A stretch of DNA of 60,000 bases from Malacoraja senta (taxonomy: Eukaryota), in NCBI GenBank assembly GCA_038087875.1, contig CM075989.1:12650001-12710000 (forward strand), in the 5' to 3' direction. Positions 41,416-54,929 of the stretch are shown here, piece by piece. Position 1 is the stretch's first letter. Each line of letters starts with the position of its first letter. The translations under genes were made by a program, and so were the position numbers. The notes beneath the pieces were generated by a model, which worked only from the letters and a program-made list of their open reading frames with translations, was not told the DNA's origin and made no database searches.

Positions 41416-41496
41416 CTGTGAGAATAGTCTGGAATGCAGTCTCTACATTTGTCGAGTCCAAAGCTGAAGTTTCAATAAATGACAGTCCATTTTTCT
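41416..41496 (-). CDS. RAB11A: RAB11A exon 4 ([27 protein letters not shown])
   Basis: ttccag| ... G|gtatgt; 81 bp; ETSA motif; FQTILT is RAB11A-like rather than RAB11B-like (FKNILT). Confidence 0.95.
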
Positions 41497-42324
41497 CTGG
41501 AATGAAAGTCACAACAATTTCATCACAAAACAATTCCTTATTTTATTTTCAGCTCGTTTGTCAGGTCTGGGCAAAGAGCAGATTAGTTGATCCTCTTCAG
41601 TGACCAATAGAGGATGTCCAAGTCACCGCACAAATTCCATGGTGGCAGAATGTCCCTCGTCCCACCCTCACGGTGACAGGCAACCAACCCCAGCCAGTTC
41701 CCCAACCTTCACTCAAATGGACCGCCTTCCACGGCAACCTTGCAGTGGGCCGTTTTAGCACAGCACGTAATCTCCACTGATCTGCCATGCTCACCTGCTC
41801 CCCAAATTGTTACTTGTTTGTATCTTTTAGTAAATTTAATCTAGTTTGAATAAATTCATATAAAAACAACAGATTTTATAAGACTGAATTATTGCAAATT
41901 TGGTTAATTCCCATCCACTCAGTACCTCCTGCCCTGGACACATTCCTGTGTGCAAAGCACAGCTTTGGCAATGGGTGAAAAACTCTAGGCTACCCAGGAT
42001 CACAGGGAATGATTTGGCCCAAATGAAGTTGCACCAGAAAACCAGACACCTGACAGATTGCTCCAAATGTGGCAGGTCCATCCCCTGGGGAAACTGGGTG
42101 GAAATCAAGATGTGTTTTGATGCCTTAAAATACTGAATATATAATCTGCAGGAGACCTGTCCTATCCCCAAGGCAAATGTTGATCAGCCACAAAGCAAAG
42201 TCCCTCACAAGAAACCTATGTTCAGTCAAATCCTGCAAAGAGTTGGAGGAAACCACCCTTCTCTACACATTAATTTGTGAAATCCATTATTAAATAGAAA
42301 CGGCTTAAAAACTGGCCTGGATCA

Positions 42325-42546
<222 letters not shown>

Positions 42547-42680
42547 TTAGCTCAGTAACACTAAAGAGGCATTCAACCTTTAAGTTAGACTGAAATGTTG
42601 GATGATTGAACTAGAATAAAAATGCTAGTTCACCCAAACTGAAACAGTTTAATGGCTTATGTGTTTACATTTGCTGTATA

Positions 42681-42867
42681 CAGCTGCTCCTCGACCTACG
42701 ATGGGGTTACGTCGTAAACCGAAAATATCGCACGTCGAAAACGCATTGCGATATATTGCGGTCACGTGACCGGAAGTGACGTGCGGCTCGCTGCACGTTG
42801 CCGAGCGTTTGCCGATCGTAAAGTCTAAATATTGCAAGTCGAAGCATCGTAAATCAGGGAGCACCTG
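42681..42867. mobile_element. Tigger/pogo-like MITE (termini resemble MER47/Tigger5)
   Basis: TA|CAGCTGCTCCTCGACCTACGATG ... CATCGTAAATCAGGGAGCACCTG|TA; CpG-rich. Confidence 0.8.
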
Positions 42868-43337
42868 TACTCCAAACTGACCTCATTTGCTATTGAGTAA
42901 AAGACGAAAACAGGGAACACTAAACCAAATTGGCTGATCTGACATTTGCAAACAGCAACACCCTGTTAACACCCAGCCTGTCGCACACCCCACCCATATC
43001 TCATCACTGCTTCCCTTCCCCACCATCACTATGCAAACCAGAGCTAAAATATATCCATTTCCTCCCCAGATGCTGCCTGCCCTGCTGAGTTACTCCAGCA
43101 CTTTGCTCAAGATTCCAGTATCTGCAATTCCTTGCTTCACTGCTTTTCAAATATCCAGCTTGCCCTCTAGCTGTGTCTGAAAGTTCTCAGTTTGACAGCC
43201 TGCTTTCCCAAGCCCATAAATACTTAACCCCAAACACTACTGCACCCACTTCATCTCTGTACCTGCATATGGGAGCAGTAAGAGGAAGGAGAATTCTGTA
43301 CAAAGATAATTCCATGATCCAGTAAATGCCAAACTTA

Positions 43338-43553
<216 letters not shown>

Positions 43554-46009
43554 TTATTGATCAAATGCAGTGCACTAATCCAAAGGCCTGTGACCAGATG
43601 CAGTTAGAAGTGACATATGAGAAAATAATTCACTGCCTCATACTCAAATCCGACAATCAACGACAGCAGCAAGTCCAGAGTTAACAGCCTTTAATCGGCT
43701 AATGTTAGGAATTGTCATCAACTGCCATCATCACACTGCCGAAAAGGGAGAGTCTGGACTGCATGTGTCCAGACAATGATTCCCAGCTCCTCCGAGGAAT
43801 GCAATGTTTTGTGCGGGAGACAGCAGGAGTCAGCAAATCCAAACAAGATATGGGAGGCCCTGGGTTGCAACCCTGCATCGACATTCACCAAGATCAATTA
43901 TCATGGCAATACTTATTAGCACCACCCCCACATCCCAAAATCCTCAACATCCAGAAGTCAATGAAGTGTTCAGATTTCCCAAAGTAATCCCCACATAACA
44001 TCGAACTGTGTTGTAAAAGCATGGATACTGGCGAATTCTCTGGTTCTAAAACAGATTTCTCTTCCATACGATCAGTAATTCCCTCACAAATATATCCAAA
44101 TCTGCCCAGCAGATTACTGGACCTTTCTGCACAGCTTTCTTCGAGTTCAGAGGCAAGCATTGTGGCATCATTGCATTATTCAGGCCAATACGGTCAACTG
44201 ACTACAACCTGCACTGGTTGATTTTAACTCGGGATAGGTACAGAGAATAGTATCAGGACAGTACAATCACTTGTGGAGCAGGAACAGAGACAGCTTATTG
44301 TCAGTCTAGAAATTCAAAAAACAGATTTGTAACTGAACAGACACCCAGCCTTTTGCCATCCAATACAATAACCTGCCCATATTTTCAGTGTTACAATCTG
44401 CTCAGACCCAATTTATCACAAATCAAGAACTCTCATTTTTAAAATGCCTTCAACAATCTCAGGGCACACCAAAACAAAGAACTTTTGAAGTGTGGTCCGT
44501 GTACTAATATTGGAGACAGCTATTGCACAGTTTTCCTATCATTTATGAACAGGAGGCATTTTCTGTAAATGTTTTGCTCCTGGAGAGAACATCTGGTTAG
44601 GATAGTGGAATACAACAGCATGCACAGCAAGAGCCCAACCAAATGTATTAACCAATTGCTTTGGTTGTTGTTTAAGAAATAAATCCCAAATAATTACTAT
44701 TTGAATTTGCCGTTGTTTGTGTAGATACCACCAGTCCACAACTAATCCCCTTCTCACTGACTTTGCCCTAGAGGGAGTGCCACATCTTTTCTCCTCCCTC
44801 CTCGCCGACTGCTCCCTTTAATGTCCTTCCAATGACAGCCTCAAAACTCCACAGGAACCTCCTATGCCCCCAAAATGCTCTCACCCATCTCCACTGATTT
44901 CACTTATTAGCAGTACCTATTAACAATAAAGAGTTTGTTTCAACTATGATATTCCATGCTGCATCAGTGAAATCAGCCCACTTTACATCACGTTCCTTCA
45001 CTTCAGTCCTTTCTGGACAATTAATGTTTCTAAGATAAACATGATTTCACCACTTGGGCATCAAGCAGTGGGAACTTGTCCAGAGCAGGGAATCACATTA
45101 AACAATGGCCACCTGTCAGCAGAGCAGGAAAAACTAGTCGGCAAAGTCTAACCTCGCAGCAGTTCCTTTAATGCATGACCTCATCATTACAAACTTGCCA
45201 TTGTGCAAGCAGAAGTTGCTCGCAAGCAGAAAATGGAAACTCCAGGCAGGCCTCAGATTACACTGCCAACCATGTAATCACATTGTTAAAGCAAATATCT
45301 TCATTATTCATAACACTCAGCTGCACCCCAATTACGGACTTCAAATTCAGGAGCAAAGACAGTGGCTTCTCCTGCCTAAAGAAACTTAGGTTACACTTCA
45401 CGTTGCACTCTAATTTCAGCTTTACTTTGACCGTGTACAAAATTGAGGCAGTGTTACAATGCAGCCACACCCTACAAAGATACTTTATATTGCAATCCTT
45501 AAAGATACTATGACATAATCTATAGAAGATCGTCCTGCTTTCAACTCACTGCTGCATCGTAGGATGAAAAACAAAGCAACCAAGCAAACACTTTCATCCC
45601 TGAAACCCTGTGTGTGGAGGGCAGGGAGCAGGACAAAATTACACTTATACATTGCCCTTAAGACAACAAATATTCCCACACAAGGGTTTAAAATGCCAAG
45701 CCATTTAGGACATGACAAGACACTGACTCATGGAGAATGAGTCAGCAACCCGACCTCAGTGATGAGCACCATGGGTGAGATTTCTCTGGAACAGGCCAGG
45801 TTTCTGCATGTTCTGTGTGCCTGCTTACCTCTCCCTCCCCCAGCACCCGAAAAAAACTATTATCCTAATGTCTTTAAGTGACACAGTTGGGGTAAGGCAG
45901 AGATATTAAACTCAGAATGCTATGAGGCATCAGAGCAGGCCCAAGATAGTTGCTTGCTGATTTCTGGTTAGCATCCAATTCGCAGAATTGCAAAACCTAA
46001 CTAGAGAGA

Positions 46010-46680
46010 TATTCCAAGCACCTTTCACAACCTCAGGACAACTCAAAGCTATTTACTGGCAATGCGTTAACTGAGGTGTCGTAACATCTGCATGTGGCAA
46101 GATCTCACACGCAGAAAAGGGAAATATGTTGTAGATGACAGCAGATACGCAAATATGTACAGTCATTGAGAAAGTTCCTGTCCTTTCCAGTTGTTCTACC
46201 TAGAGCAGCAGGTGGATCCTAATTTAATATTTCATTTGAAAGACCACACAAGGTTCACTTTGGATGTCCACTCAAGCTTTCCGAGTGGGTCAACCACTTC
46301 GACTCAGGGGAAACTGATAACTGAACTGTGATAATAACAAACAAAAATGTAATCTGCTTTTGTTGGAAAGTATTTGTTCTATTCAGCACAGTTCTGCTAT
46401 TGATAAGCTTCCTTTGGAAAATAAATGCTTGCATTTCTACAAACCTTTCACCATCTCAGGAAGTCTCAAAGCACTTTGCTTCTGTTGTAAAGTAGGAAAT
46501 GCAGCTGCCAATTTGCAGAGCAAAGACTTACAAATAACATTAAGATAACTGACCAGTTCATTAGTTTTAATGATGCTGGGCTAAACATTGCCAGGGATTT
46601 CAGAGAACTCCTATAACCAGCTAAGTAGCAGAAGGGGCCTCAGTTTTAACATTTTTACTAAAAAGTTAAGTCAAGACTTT
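46010..46680. mobile_element. Two degraded Deu-domain-like SINE remnants (similar piece at about 20560-20720)
   Basis: cctttcacaacctcagga...caaagc, aaatgcagctgccaatttgc and ggggcctcagttttaac motifs recalled from DeuSINE/SacSINE1. Confidence 0.4.
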
Positions 46681-47330
46681 GAGATGTCTTCCTTTCTCCG
46701 TACAGCTGGCCTCTCCCTCTGCCAGTTAACAGAGCTCTCCACTGTGTCCCATGTTTTCTGCACTGCTGCTCCTCCTGCTTTCCTCTCGACCACAATAACA
46801 AATGTTCCCCTTGTCCTCACCCTACACATTCTTCAGATCATCTGCCATTATTTTTGCCACCTTCGACAGAATTCCACACATCCTTCTAATATTCCATAGT
46901 GACTATTCCATTGACTCCCTGCTCCATTCTTCCATCTCCACCAATCAGATCCCATCCCCTGGCACTTTCCCACACAACGTCAGGAGCTGTATCACTTATC
47001 CCAACCTCTTCCCTTCCACCATCCAAGCAGGCGGGCAGTCCTTTAGTTGAAGCAGCAATTCACTCACACTTTGTTTAGTGTACTACATTCAGTGCTCATG
47101 ATATGGTCTCCTTTACACTGTGGAAATTGGGTGACCATTTCTCAAAACATCTCCATCCTGCCAACAAGGTGACCCTGAGGTTTAGATACATGGCATTTAA
47201 CCTCACCAACCTACTCCCACTCTGACCCCAGTCTTTGGCCTCCTACACTGTTCCAATGATGCTCAGGGTAAGCTTGAGCAACATTTCATCCTCCATCTGG
47301 GCACAATGCAGACCCCCACTCACTGAAGTT
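46670..47330 (+). mobile_element. Old degraded Penelope-like GIY-YIG fragment (similar remnants at about 3370-3630 and 5360-5560)
   Basis: NVPLVLTLH...QIICHYFCHL and PSPGTFPH parallel the 455..1150 protein. Confidence 0.6.
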
Positions 47331-50300
47331 AACATGTTCACAGTTCCCCCCCCCCCCCCTCTTTACACAGAGGTTACTGGATATTTAAGTTTCAGTTTGT
47401 TTCTTTGCCTCCAACTACTGGTTTATTAAGTAATTGTTACCTTAACAACTTTGGTGAGCATCCCAGACACTTCCTTTTATTTGCCACATCCTTCTCCCCC
47501 TGGAATTTAAATAACTTGTTTTGTAGTTGTCTCAGTTCTTTACCTGGAACACACTCTACCCCTACCGCTCTTTCCTCCCTCTCCCCCACAGTGAGACAAT
47601 ACAATTAGTAATTGGCTTTAGTTTCTCCGAGGCATGATTTCTTGCTGCAACAAATTAAATTATGCTTGAATAGTTATGGACAGTCGGTGACCTGTTTATT
47701 GAACAGACAAACACAGTGTAATATTTTCAATCCGTCAACCCTGAATCTTCAGCAAAAAAATGTCAGGTCACTGGGAGGTGGACATTTTGGGAAGGAAAGG
47801 TGTACTCGGGTAACATTTGATCAGCATTTCTGTCTAAATGGCAAACCTTTCCTTATCTGGCTGGATCCAGGCAGGGCTGCTGTGAGAACGATTATATCAG
47901 TCCTTTTAGAACCCAACCAAGGCTGACTAGAGTTTAAATTTCAGATGCAAGCCTGGATTTGTGATTAACAATTTCAAAGTATGCAGCCAGCAGCAGGATG
48001 AGAGTTTGAGCATGTCCAGATCTCAAATGGTGGAGGAAACTTATCGCAGCTGCTGATAAGCTGGGTGTTTCTGGAAAGAATGACTCGTGTATAATCAAAG
48101 CTGGAGCAGAAGGTCGAGAGGTGATCATGCATTAAACTGTACGCCAAAACAGATAGGGATTGTTTGAATAGCTGATATTTAAATTGACTTTCCAGAGAAT
48201 TTTTTAATCCGCACACAATGAAGATATGGAATAGGTGGATAGTTGCCATGAGCAACAATTATCTAGAACTCAACTCATTCAAGTCTTTAAAATAATAAAT
48301 TAGGAACATTTCTATGATCTACTGGAGAGCTACAGACTGGTTCAATTGAGGGCCAAACTGAAGCTTCTGCTGTTTCAGTTTGAATCTCAAACCCCTCACC
48401 CTTATTTCCTCTTTAAATTGACCTTAGATATTGTCGTTACCCAATACCATTCCACAAACATTACAAAGGAAACATTCTCTTATTTAACGCTGATGACAAT
48501 CAAAATACATTACAGAAGCAACATACTGCAGATTTGAACTTAGAAAAAAACAGGAACTGCTTGGATCAGACAGCACCCAAGGTATAGTGAAATGGTAAAC
48601 ATTGCAGGTAGATGACTTTTCACATTTACTTTAATGAAAGGTTCAATCTAAAATGTCCACTCTCCCAGGTGCTTTCTAAATTGTAAAGTACACGTAATTA
48701 CCTGGTTTTATAACAATGGTTTCATATTTATATCCAAATGTTGCATGATCTTTTGAAGGTGATTATGTCCATTTTATGTTGAGGTAAACGGTCAAGGCAA
48801 CAAAGAAATTAAATCAGGAACAGATAATTTTGTGGAGGTCATTGTTGGTCAGCTTCAAACATTGGATGAAGCCATTTGCTGGGTCACAAAATCCTGGGAA
48901 GTGCCGTCACGATAAAAGCCTTAGTCTGGGCAAGAACAGCTGGTTTCATTCCCAGAAAAGTTTAGGTAATGCTGGGCACGAGCTGCATCTCAATAAAGAA
49001 TCAGCTATTTCAATTTCCCAATTAAACACATTCACATTTTTATGACAAGCAGATTCACTTATAGTTCATCCAGATATATTTTGTTGGAATTTCCAACTAT
49101 CCAACAGAGGTAAAAAAAAAACTCCAAAGGCTATTTATATTATCACAATGTCAGCAATGTTCTGCACCAAAGATTCTGGAATACCTGATCAATTCAGTGT
49201 TCAGTGTTGCAAGCAAAAGCTGTAGCAGCTGGCTCAATGACAAGATAGCAAAAAAAGCACAAATCACTTTTTCTGTTGATTCAGACATCAGTATGAAATC
49301 CAACATTAGGTCATGGAAGCATAACATTGACTGCTGCTTCCCCCCCCCCCCCCCCCCCCCCCCACACACACACACAGATGCCAGCTTCTTAGATGGAAAT
49401 GCACAGGTAAATCCAAGTATTGGAAAAGGATTTAATTTCAGACCATACACGCAAACACTGCGCCATTGCACCGAGTGTGGTTACAAATGACTGTCAGTTA
49501 GAATTTGTTCGACTAGACACAATATCACCATATCCCAGAGGAGAAGCTAGGCATAAGATTGGATATAGTTTAACTGCTTAGGGAAAGTCAGGTAGGTGAA
49601 CCGAGCAAGGATATACATTAGCCAGTAAAATGTAGAAACAAGGAGCCGCAGATGTTGGTTTACAAAATGTGCTGGAGTAATTCAGCAGGTCAGGCAGCAT
49701 CTCTGCAAAACAGTGATATTGTGTCTAGTGATATTGATATTTTAGGTCGAGATCCTTCTTCACAGTCCATGAGCCTGGACATTATGAGCTCTAGATTCTG
49801 GGTAGCACTGGTTGCCCCTTAACTGCATTGATGCACAAATGGATCTTAGGATACAAGTCCATAGTTCAAACAAAGTGGCAACACAAGTAGATAGGAAGTC
49901 TACAATTTGCCTTCATCAATCAGGGTACAGTGTACAAAATCTAGTAATCCAAAATGTGTTTAATGTACAAAGTAGTTGCAACTCCAAAAACCGTTGGTTA
50001 AAAAAAAATTTAAGCCATATTTTAGTATTTTGTGTAGTTCTCCTCAGCACTTTACGGGATGTGGCAGCTTTGGAGAGGGTGCAGAATAGGTTTACCAGGA
50101 TGTTAACAGGGTTAGAGTATATCAGTGCGGGCTTATTATTGTCAAGCATACTGAGATACGGTAAAAAATATATATTTTGAGCTATTGAGGCAAGTATGCA
50201 AGCACGCAGTGCCTAAAGGGAAAATAAACAGAGCAGGATACTATATTAGCAAGAATATTAGCTAAACTTGGACTGGTGTCTTTAGAGTAGAAACAGAGGC

Positions 50301-51905
50301 AACCCAACAGATGTATATATAATTCTGAGCGGCATTGATAGGGCAGGGAGAGTCTTTCTCAGGGTTAAAATGTAATCTTCCTCATGGTTGAAGTATCAAA
50401 TATTAGAGGGCATAGCTTTGAGATGTGGAAATTTAAAGAAGATGACAAGGCAATATTTTCACTTTATTTCTTAAACAGAATGAAAGGTGCCTGGAACGCA
50501 CAGCTGACTGAAATGGAGAAAGCAGAAATGATAATGTTTAAGAAGCTTGAAGACAAACACATGAACAGGCAGATGTGCAGTTTAAATTGGCCTTATGGTC
50601 AGCATGGACAGAGGGCCGAGAAGGACTATTCCTCTGCCCTGATGAGCTCACAAAAGACAAACAACTTCCATCTTCTATTGAGAAGCATTGCAAAACAGTA
50701 TTTAGAAAGAGTGTGTCAATTGAAGTCAGATCATACAATCACCAAACTCTGTGGCCTATTGCATAAAAAGGAATGGTGAATTTGCTAAAGTGACAATGCA
50801 ACCCAAGCCCATGACCAGATTGCTAAAGACAGCTGATTTTTTAATAGACATAGATTAATATTAAACCATCAAAATAAGACAACAAAGTTCAACAAATTTG
50901 GTACAACACAACAAGACATCAGCAGTGTACATCAAGAACATATCCGATCTCAATCTTGCCCTAGATCTTGAAGCCATGCACCATAAACCCAGTTCAGGTT
51001 AATGATCAAATTTTGTCCAATTACAGACATGTTTGGATAATGCAAGTTTAAAATACCAAAAAGAGTGAAGCAACAGGAACTGTGCTTTTAGTAAAGCAGC
51101 TGTTGGTTGCACTAAAAATTAAACTGCTTACTTCATCACATCTCTCCTGCTCAACAGCAGTTACAGTAAACCTAACAGGTAAACATTTTCGTTCAGTTGT
51201 ATAGAAAGAGGTGGCCATTCAGCCCTTGGAGTCTGCTTTGTCATTCACCACGATAATGGCTGATCATTTACTTCAGTACTACTTTCCTGCGCTATCCCCA
51301 TATCCTTTAATTCCATACATTTAAAATATAACAACCTGCCCTGAATATACTTTTTACCTGTGCCCCCACATCCTCCTTGGGCAGGGGGTTCCAAAGACTC
51401 TTGGTGAAGAGGTCCCCGTTATCTCTCAAATGATTGACCCTTTATTTAGAAACTGTGACCACTGATTCTAAAATCTATCAATTCCACATCACCCTGTCAA
51501 ACACCTTCAGAGTTTGAAATATTGCAATGAGATCACCCATTATTCTTCCAAAAGCTTGAGATTCGAGATCCCAGTTTGCTTAATCCCACTTGAGATTTCA
51601 AACTCTCCAGTCTTAGACTCATGCTGATGCACTGCACTCCCTCTATCACAAATACAAAGCAAAGTTGGGGTAGGATATATAGTAACTGGCTTTAATGAAG
51701 CCAATAGTTTCCCTTAAAGGACCAAAACAGGTGGACATAGGGTGGTAAAGGCAGCATATGGCTTGCTGCACTTGGACTGTTGTGTGTAGTTCTAGTCACC
51801 ACACAATAGGACATGATTGCTCTGGAGAGAGTAAAGAGGAGATTTACCAGACTCTTGCCCAGATGAGATGCCTCCGGTTATAGGGAGAGATTAGATAGGC
51901 TGGGT

Positions 51906-52360
51906 GTGCAGGAATGAACAACAGATGCTGGTTTAAATTGTAGACACAAAATGCTGGAGTAACTCAGCGGGACAGGCAGCATCTCTGGAAAGAAGGAATG
52001 GGTGACATTTCCCTTCTTCAGACTGATGTCGGGGAAGTGGGCAGTACAGAGATAAAATGTAGTCAGAGACAGCAAGACTGGTAGGAGAACTGGGAAGGGG
52101 ATGGAGAGAGAGGAAAAGCAAGGGCTACTTCAAGTTAGAGGTCAATGTTCATACCACTGGGGTGCAAGCCACCCAAGCGAAATGTGAGGTGCTGTTCCTC
52201 TAATTTGTGCTGGGCCTCATTCTGACAATGGAGGAGGCCCAGGACAGAAAGGTCAGTGTGGGAATGGGAGGGGGAGTTAAAGTGTTGAGCAACCGGCAGA
52301 TCAGGTAGATTTAGGCGGACTGAGCGGAGGTGTTCAGCTAAACGATCGGCGAGCCTGCAC
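51906..52360 (-). mobile_element. Penelope-like element 3' fragment inside a CR1 remnant
   Basis: High identity to 261-690; TSD core gataggctgggt at 51894-51905 / 52364-52375. Confidence 0.82.
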
Positions 52361-53622
52361 TTGGATAGGCTGGGTCTGTTTTCCCTGGAGTGAAGGAGGT
52401 TGAGGTGACCTGATAGAAGTATGAGAGGTTTAAATAGGAAACATACTCAAAATCATTTGACATTGCAGGGGAATCAAAAAACAAGAGATCATTGGTTTAA
52501 AGTAGGAGCTTTAGAGGGGCATTTTTTTTTTTTTTTTTAAATACAGAGTGGTTCATATCTGGAGCTCACTGCCAGAGGAGGTGGTGCAATCAGATACAAT
52601 TACTTTGTTTAAGAGACTTTTACGTGAGGGATAAAAGTATCCAAGCCTTGTGTAGACAAATGGGATTCATGTACATGGTCGGAAAGGTAATTGAGGACAT
52701 GGTGAGCAGCAAGGACTCTTTCTGCGATGTACTATTCTGACTCCGTGGGTAGGAAAACCAGACCTGTGCTCGTATTCCAGATAGTGTCTCCAGGCTCTCT
52801 AAAACTGAAGCCAAACATCTCCATGTTTGCATTAAAATCACCCTGTGAAACAAAAGCAGATTATTTGCCTTCTTAACTGCTTGTTGTACGTGTAGTGACT
52901 CATGGTTAAAGACTCTGGCTCTTTGAACACAGACAACTGCCAATCCCTCCAATTAAAAAAAACGACTACTTTATCTACCACAGTGGATGACTTCACTTTT
53001 TCTAGTCTACATTCTATCTGGCATGTACTGACCCATTTCCTTAATTTGTCTCGATCCCCAAAGCGTCTCCACATTCTCTTCGCAGTCTACTGCCACCTAG
53101 TTTTGTTCTAAGGGCAAGCATGAATATTATTCTTGATCTCCTTATCCAAGTCAGTGACAAGGATTGTGAACTGGTGTCCCATCCAACGCCAAAACAACCC
53201 ATTGCCTGCTCTGTTTTCCCCAGACAAGTTTTAAAAATTTCACTTCAGTATATTATCCCAATACTATGCGCTTCAAATGTGTTTAATAATCTTTATGTTA
53301 CACCACAATGTAGACATATTATTGGTCTGGGCCTTATCAGAAGATCAAATTCCTAAACTACCAAATCGTTTTTTTTAAACAGGGACGAATTTTAACACAG
53401 GATAATACTTCGAGACTGTATTTCACGGAGTAAAGCCCAAGGTCCGCTGTGAAAACAGACCATGTGATTATAAAAGGATCTCGTCGGGTCAGAAACCTTG
53501 GCGCAGCGAGGGGAAAAGCAATTTATCGAATAAACCTGGTCCTGGCTCAGCGCAGGCGGAGACTCTAAGACAAAGTCAGTGCCACCCTTAATCACAAGGA
53601 ACACGGCAACTGGAGAAGGGAG

Positions 53623-53758
53623 AGAGCCAGGGCCAGAGGAAGAGCCAGGGCCAGAGGAAGGGCCGGAGCCAGAGGAAGGGCCGGGGCCAGAGGAAGGGCC
53701 GGGGCCAGAGGAAGGGCCGGGGCCAGAGGAAGGGCCGGGGCCAGAGGAAGGGCCAGGG
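53623..53758. repeat. 18-bp minisatellite (GGGGCCAGAGGAAGGGCC), about 7.5 copies, in RAB11A intron 1
   Basis: Direct reading; it produces the repetitive GPEEGP / WPRPFL / ALPLAP ORFs. Confidence 0.95.
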
Positions 53759-53881
53759 CGGGGGCATCAGCCACGGCGTGAGGCTCCTGCGTCGCAGAAA
53801 CCGCCCACCGCAGCGGGTCACAGTTGCCTCTCCCCGGGACTGAGGGACCAGCCGCCGCGGAAGGAGGTGAAGGACACTCAC

Positions 53882-53921
53882 CTTTGAACAGGTAATCATA
53901 CTCGTCGTCCCGCGTCCCCAT
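53882..53921 (-). CDS. RAB11A: RAB11A coding exon 1 (MGTRDDEYDYLFK)
   Basis: ATG at 53921, 40 bp, donor G|gtgagt; canonical Rab11 N-terminus. Confidence 0.97.
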
Positions 53922-54490
53922 TCCTGTCGGTATTAAAAATAATATTAAAGGAAAAGTTGGAGACAGCGACCAAACGCCAGTCCAGTAGAACACTGACTCT
54001 GCACTTCCTCTTCCGGGCCAAAGTTCACAAAAAAGCTTCTGATTCAGTCCTGCAATTATTTTACGCGATTCCTATTTCGTTTAATTGGGAATATTACCAA
54101 ACCCCTTCAGACTCTGTCACTGGTTGAGGATAGCAAGTTTCAGAGATCAGCTTTTGAAATTGGGCGATATTCTGACGTCATTGCCAGGAGGGGGAGGGAC
54201 TCCAGTGGTCGAGGCGCGAGTTGGGATTGGACAGACTCGCTGTCAATCATCCATCCACCACTCGGTGGGTGCAGGCGGGCTCTGGCGCCCCCAGCGGCGG
54301 TGCCCGAGCATGACTGGCAGGAGGTGCGGCCCCGCCCCCACGCCGTCTTTTGGAGGCCCCGCCCCGATAGCGGCTCCACCCCTGCCGCAAGCCACGCCCC
54401 TCAGTGCCCGGCGGCTTCGCCGAAGCCCCGCCCATCTCCAGAGGCGCCGCCCCTCGCCAGAGGCCCCGCCCACCCCGTGGTCAAGGTAAC
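53922..54490. promoter_or_regulatory. RAB11A 5' region / CpG-rich promoter
   Basis: ETS sites CACTTCCT and CTTCCGG (54002-54016), CRE TGACGTCA (54173-54180), ATTGG (54226-54230), five GC boxes (54330-54471), locally high CpG. Confidence 0.75.
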
Positions 54491-54499
54491 GCAAGAGAC

Positions 54500-54695
54500 C
54501 GGTCCTGGAGACGTCACCTCTCTATTCCCTTTGTAGATGCCGCCTGACCCGTTTAATTGCTCCAGCATCGACACAAAAAGCTGGGAGTAACTCAGCGGGA
54601 CAGGCAGCATCAATGGAGAGAAGGTGACGTTTCGGGTCGAGACTTTTCTTGTGTCTATCTTCGGTTTAAACCAGCATCTGCAGTTCCTTCTTGCA
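54500..54695. mobile_element. Cluster of alternately inverted Penelope-type pLTR segments next to the RAB11A promoter
   Basis: acgtcacc...agatgccgcctgacccg...ctccagc is followed by its inverse gctgggagtaactcagcgggacaggcagcatc...ggtgacgtttcgggtcgagac. Confidence 0.7.
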
Positions 54696-54929
54696 CGCTA
54701 ATTCCTCCAGCATGTTGTTTCTTGTTGTGGTTGTTGGTACCAAAGATCATAGAGCGGAGCCCTTTGGTTGGTACTGCCCTGAATCCAGCTGCGCACGGTG
54801 TCCGGTGAACCCAGCTCCACCCCTGGGCTCGCACCTTCAGCCTGGCTCCGACAATTCTTGGCGGGTCCAAAGCTGCACCAAGGCCTTCAGGCGTGTCGGC
54901 TGCTCGTTGCCCCGAGTCCCAGCACCTTC

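Noticed and set aside
43894..44160. 88-aa minus-strand ORF in RAB11A intron 1
   Set aside because: No recognisable homology or convincing splice sites; RAB11A is complete without it.
53623..53758. Tandem repeat as a CRISPR array
   Set aside because: No unique spacers, no cas genes, and a eukaryotic context.
53579..53993. Repetitive ORFs (GPEEGP, WPRPFL, ALPLAP)
   Set aside because: Translations of the 18-bp intronic minisatellite; only 53882-53921 is coding.
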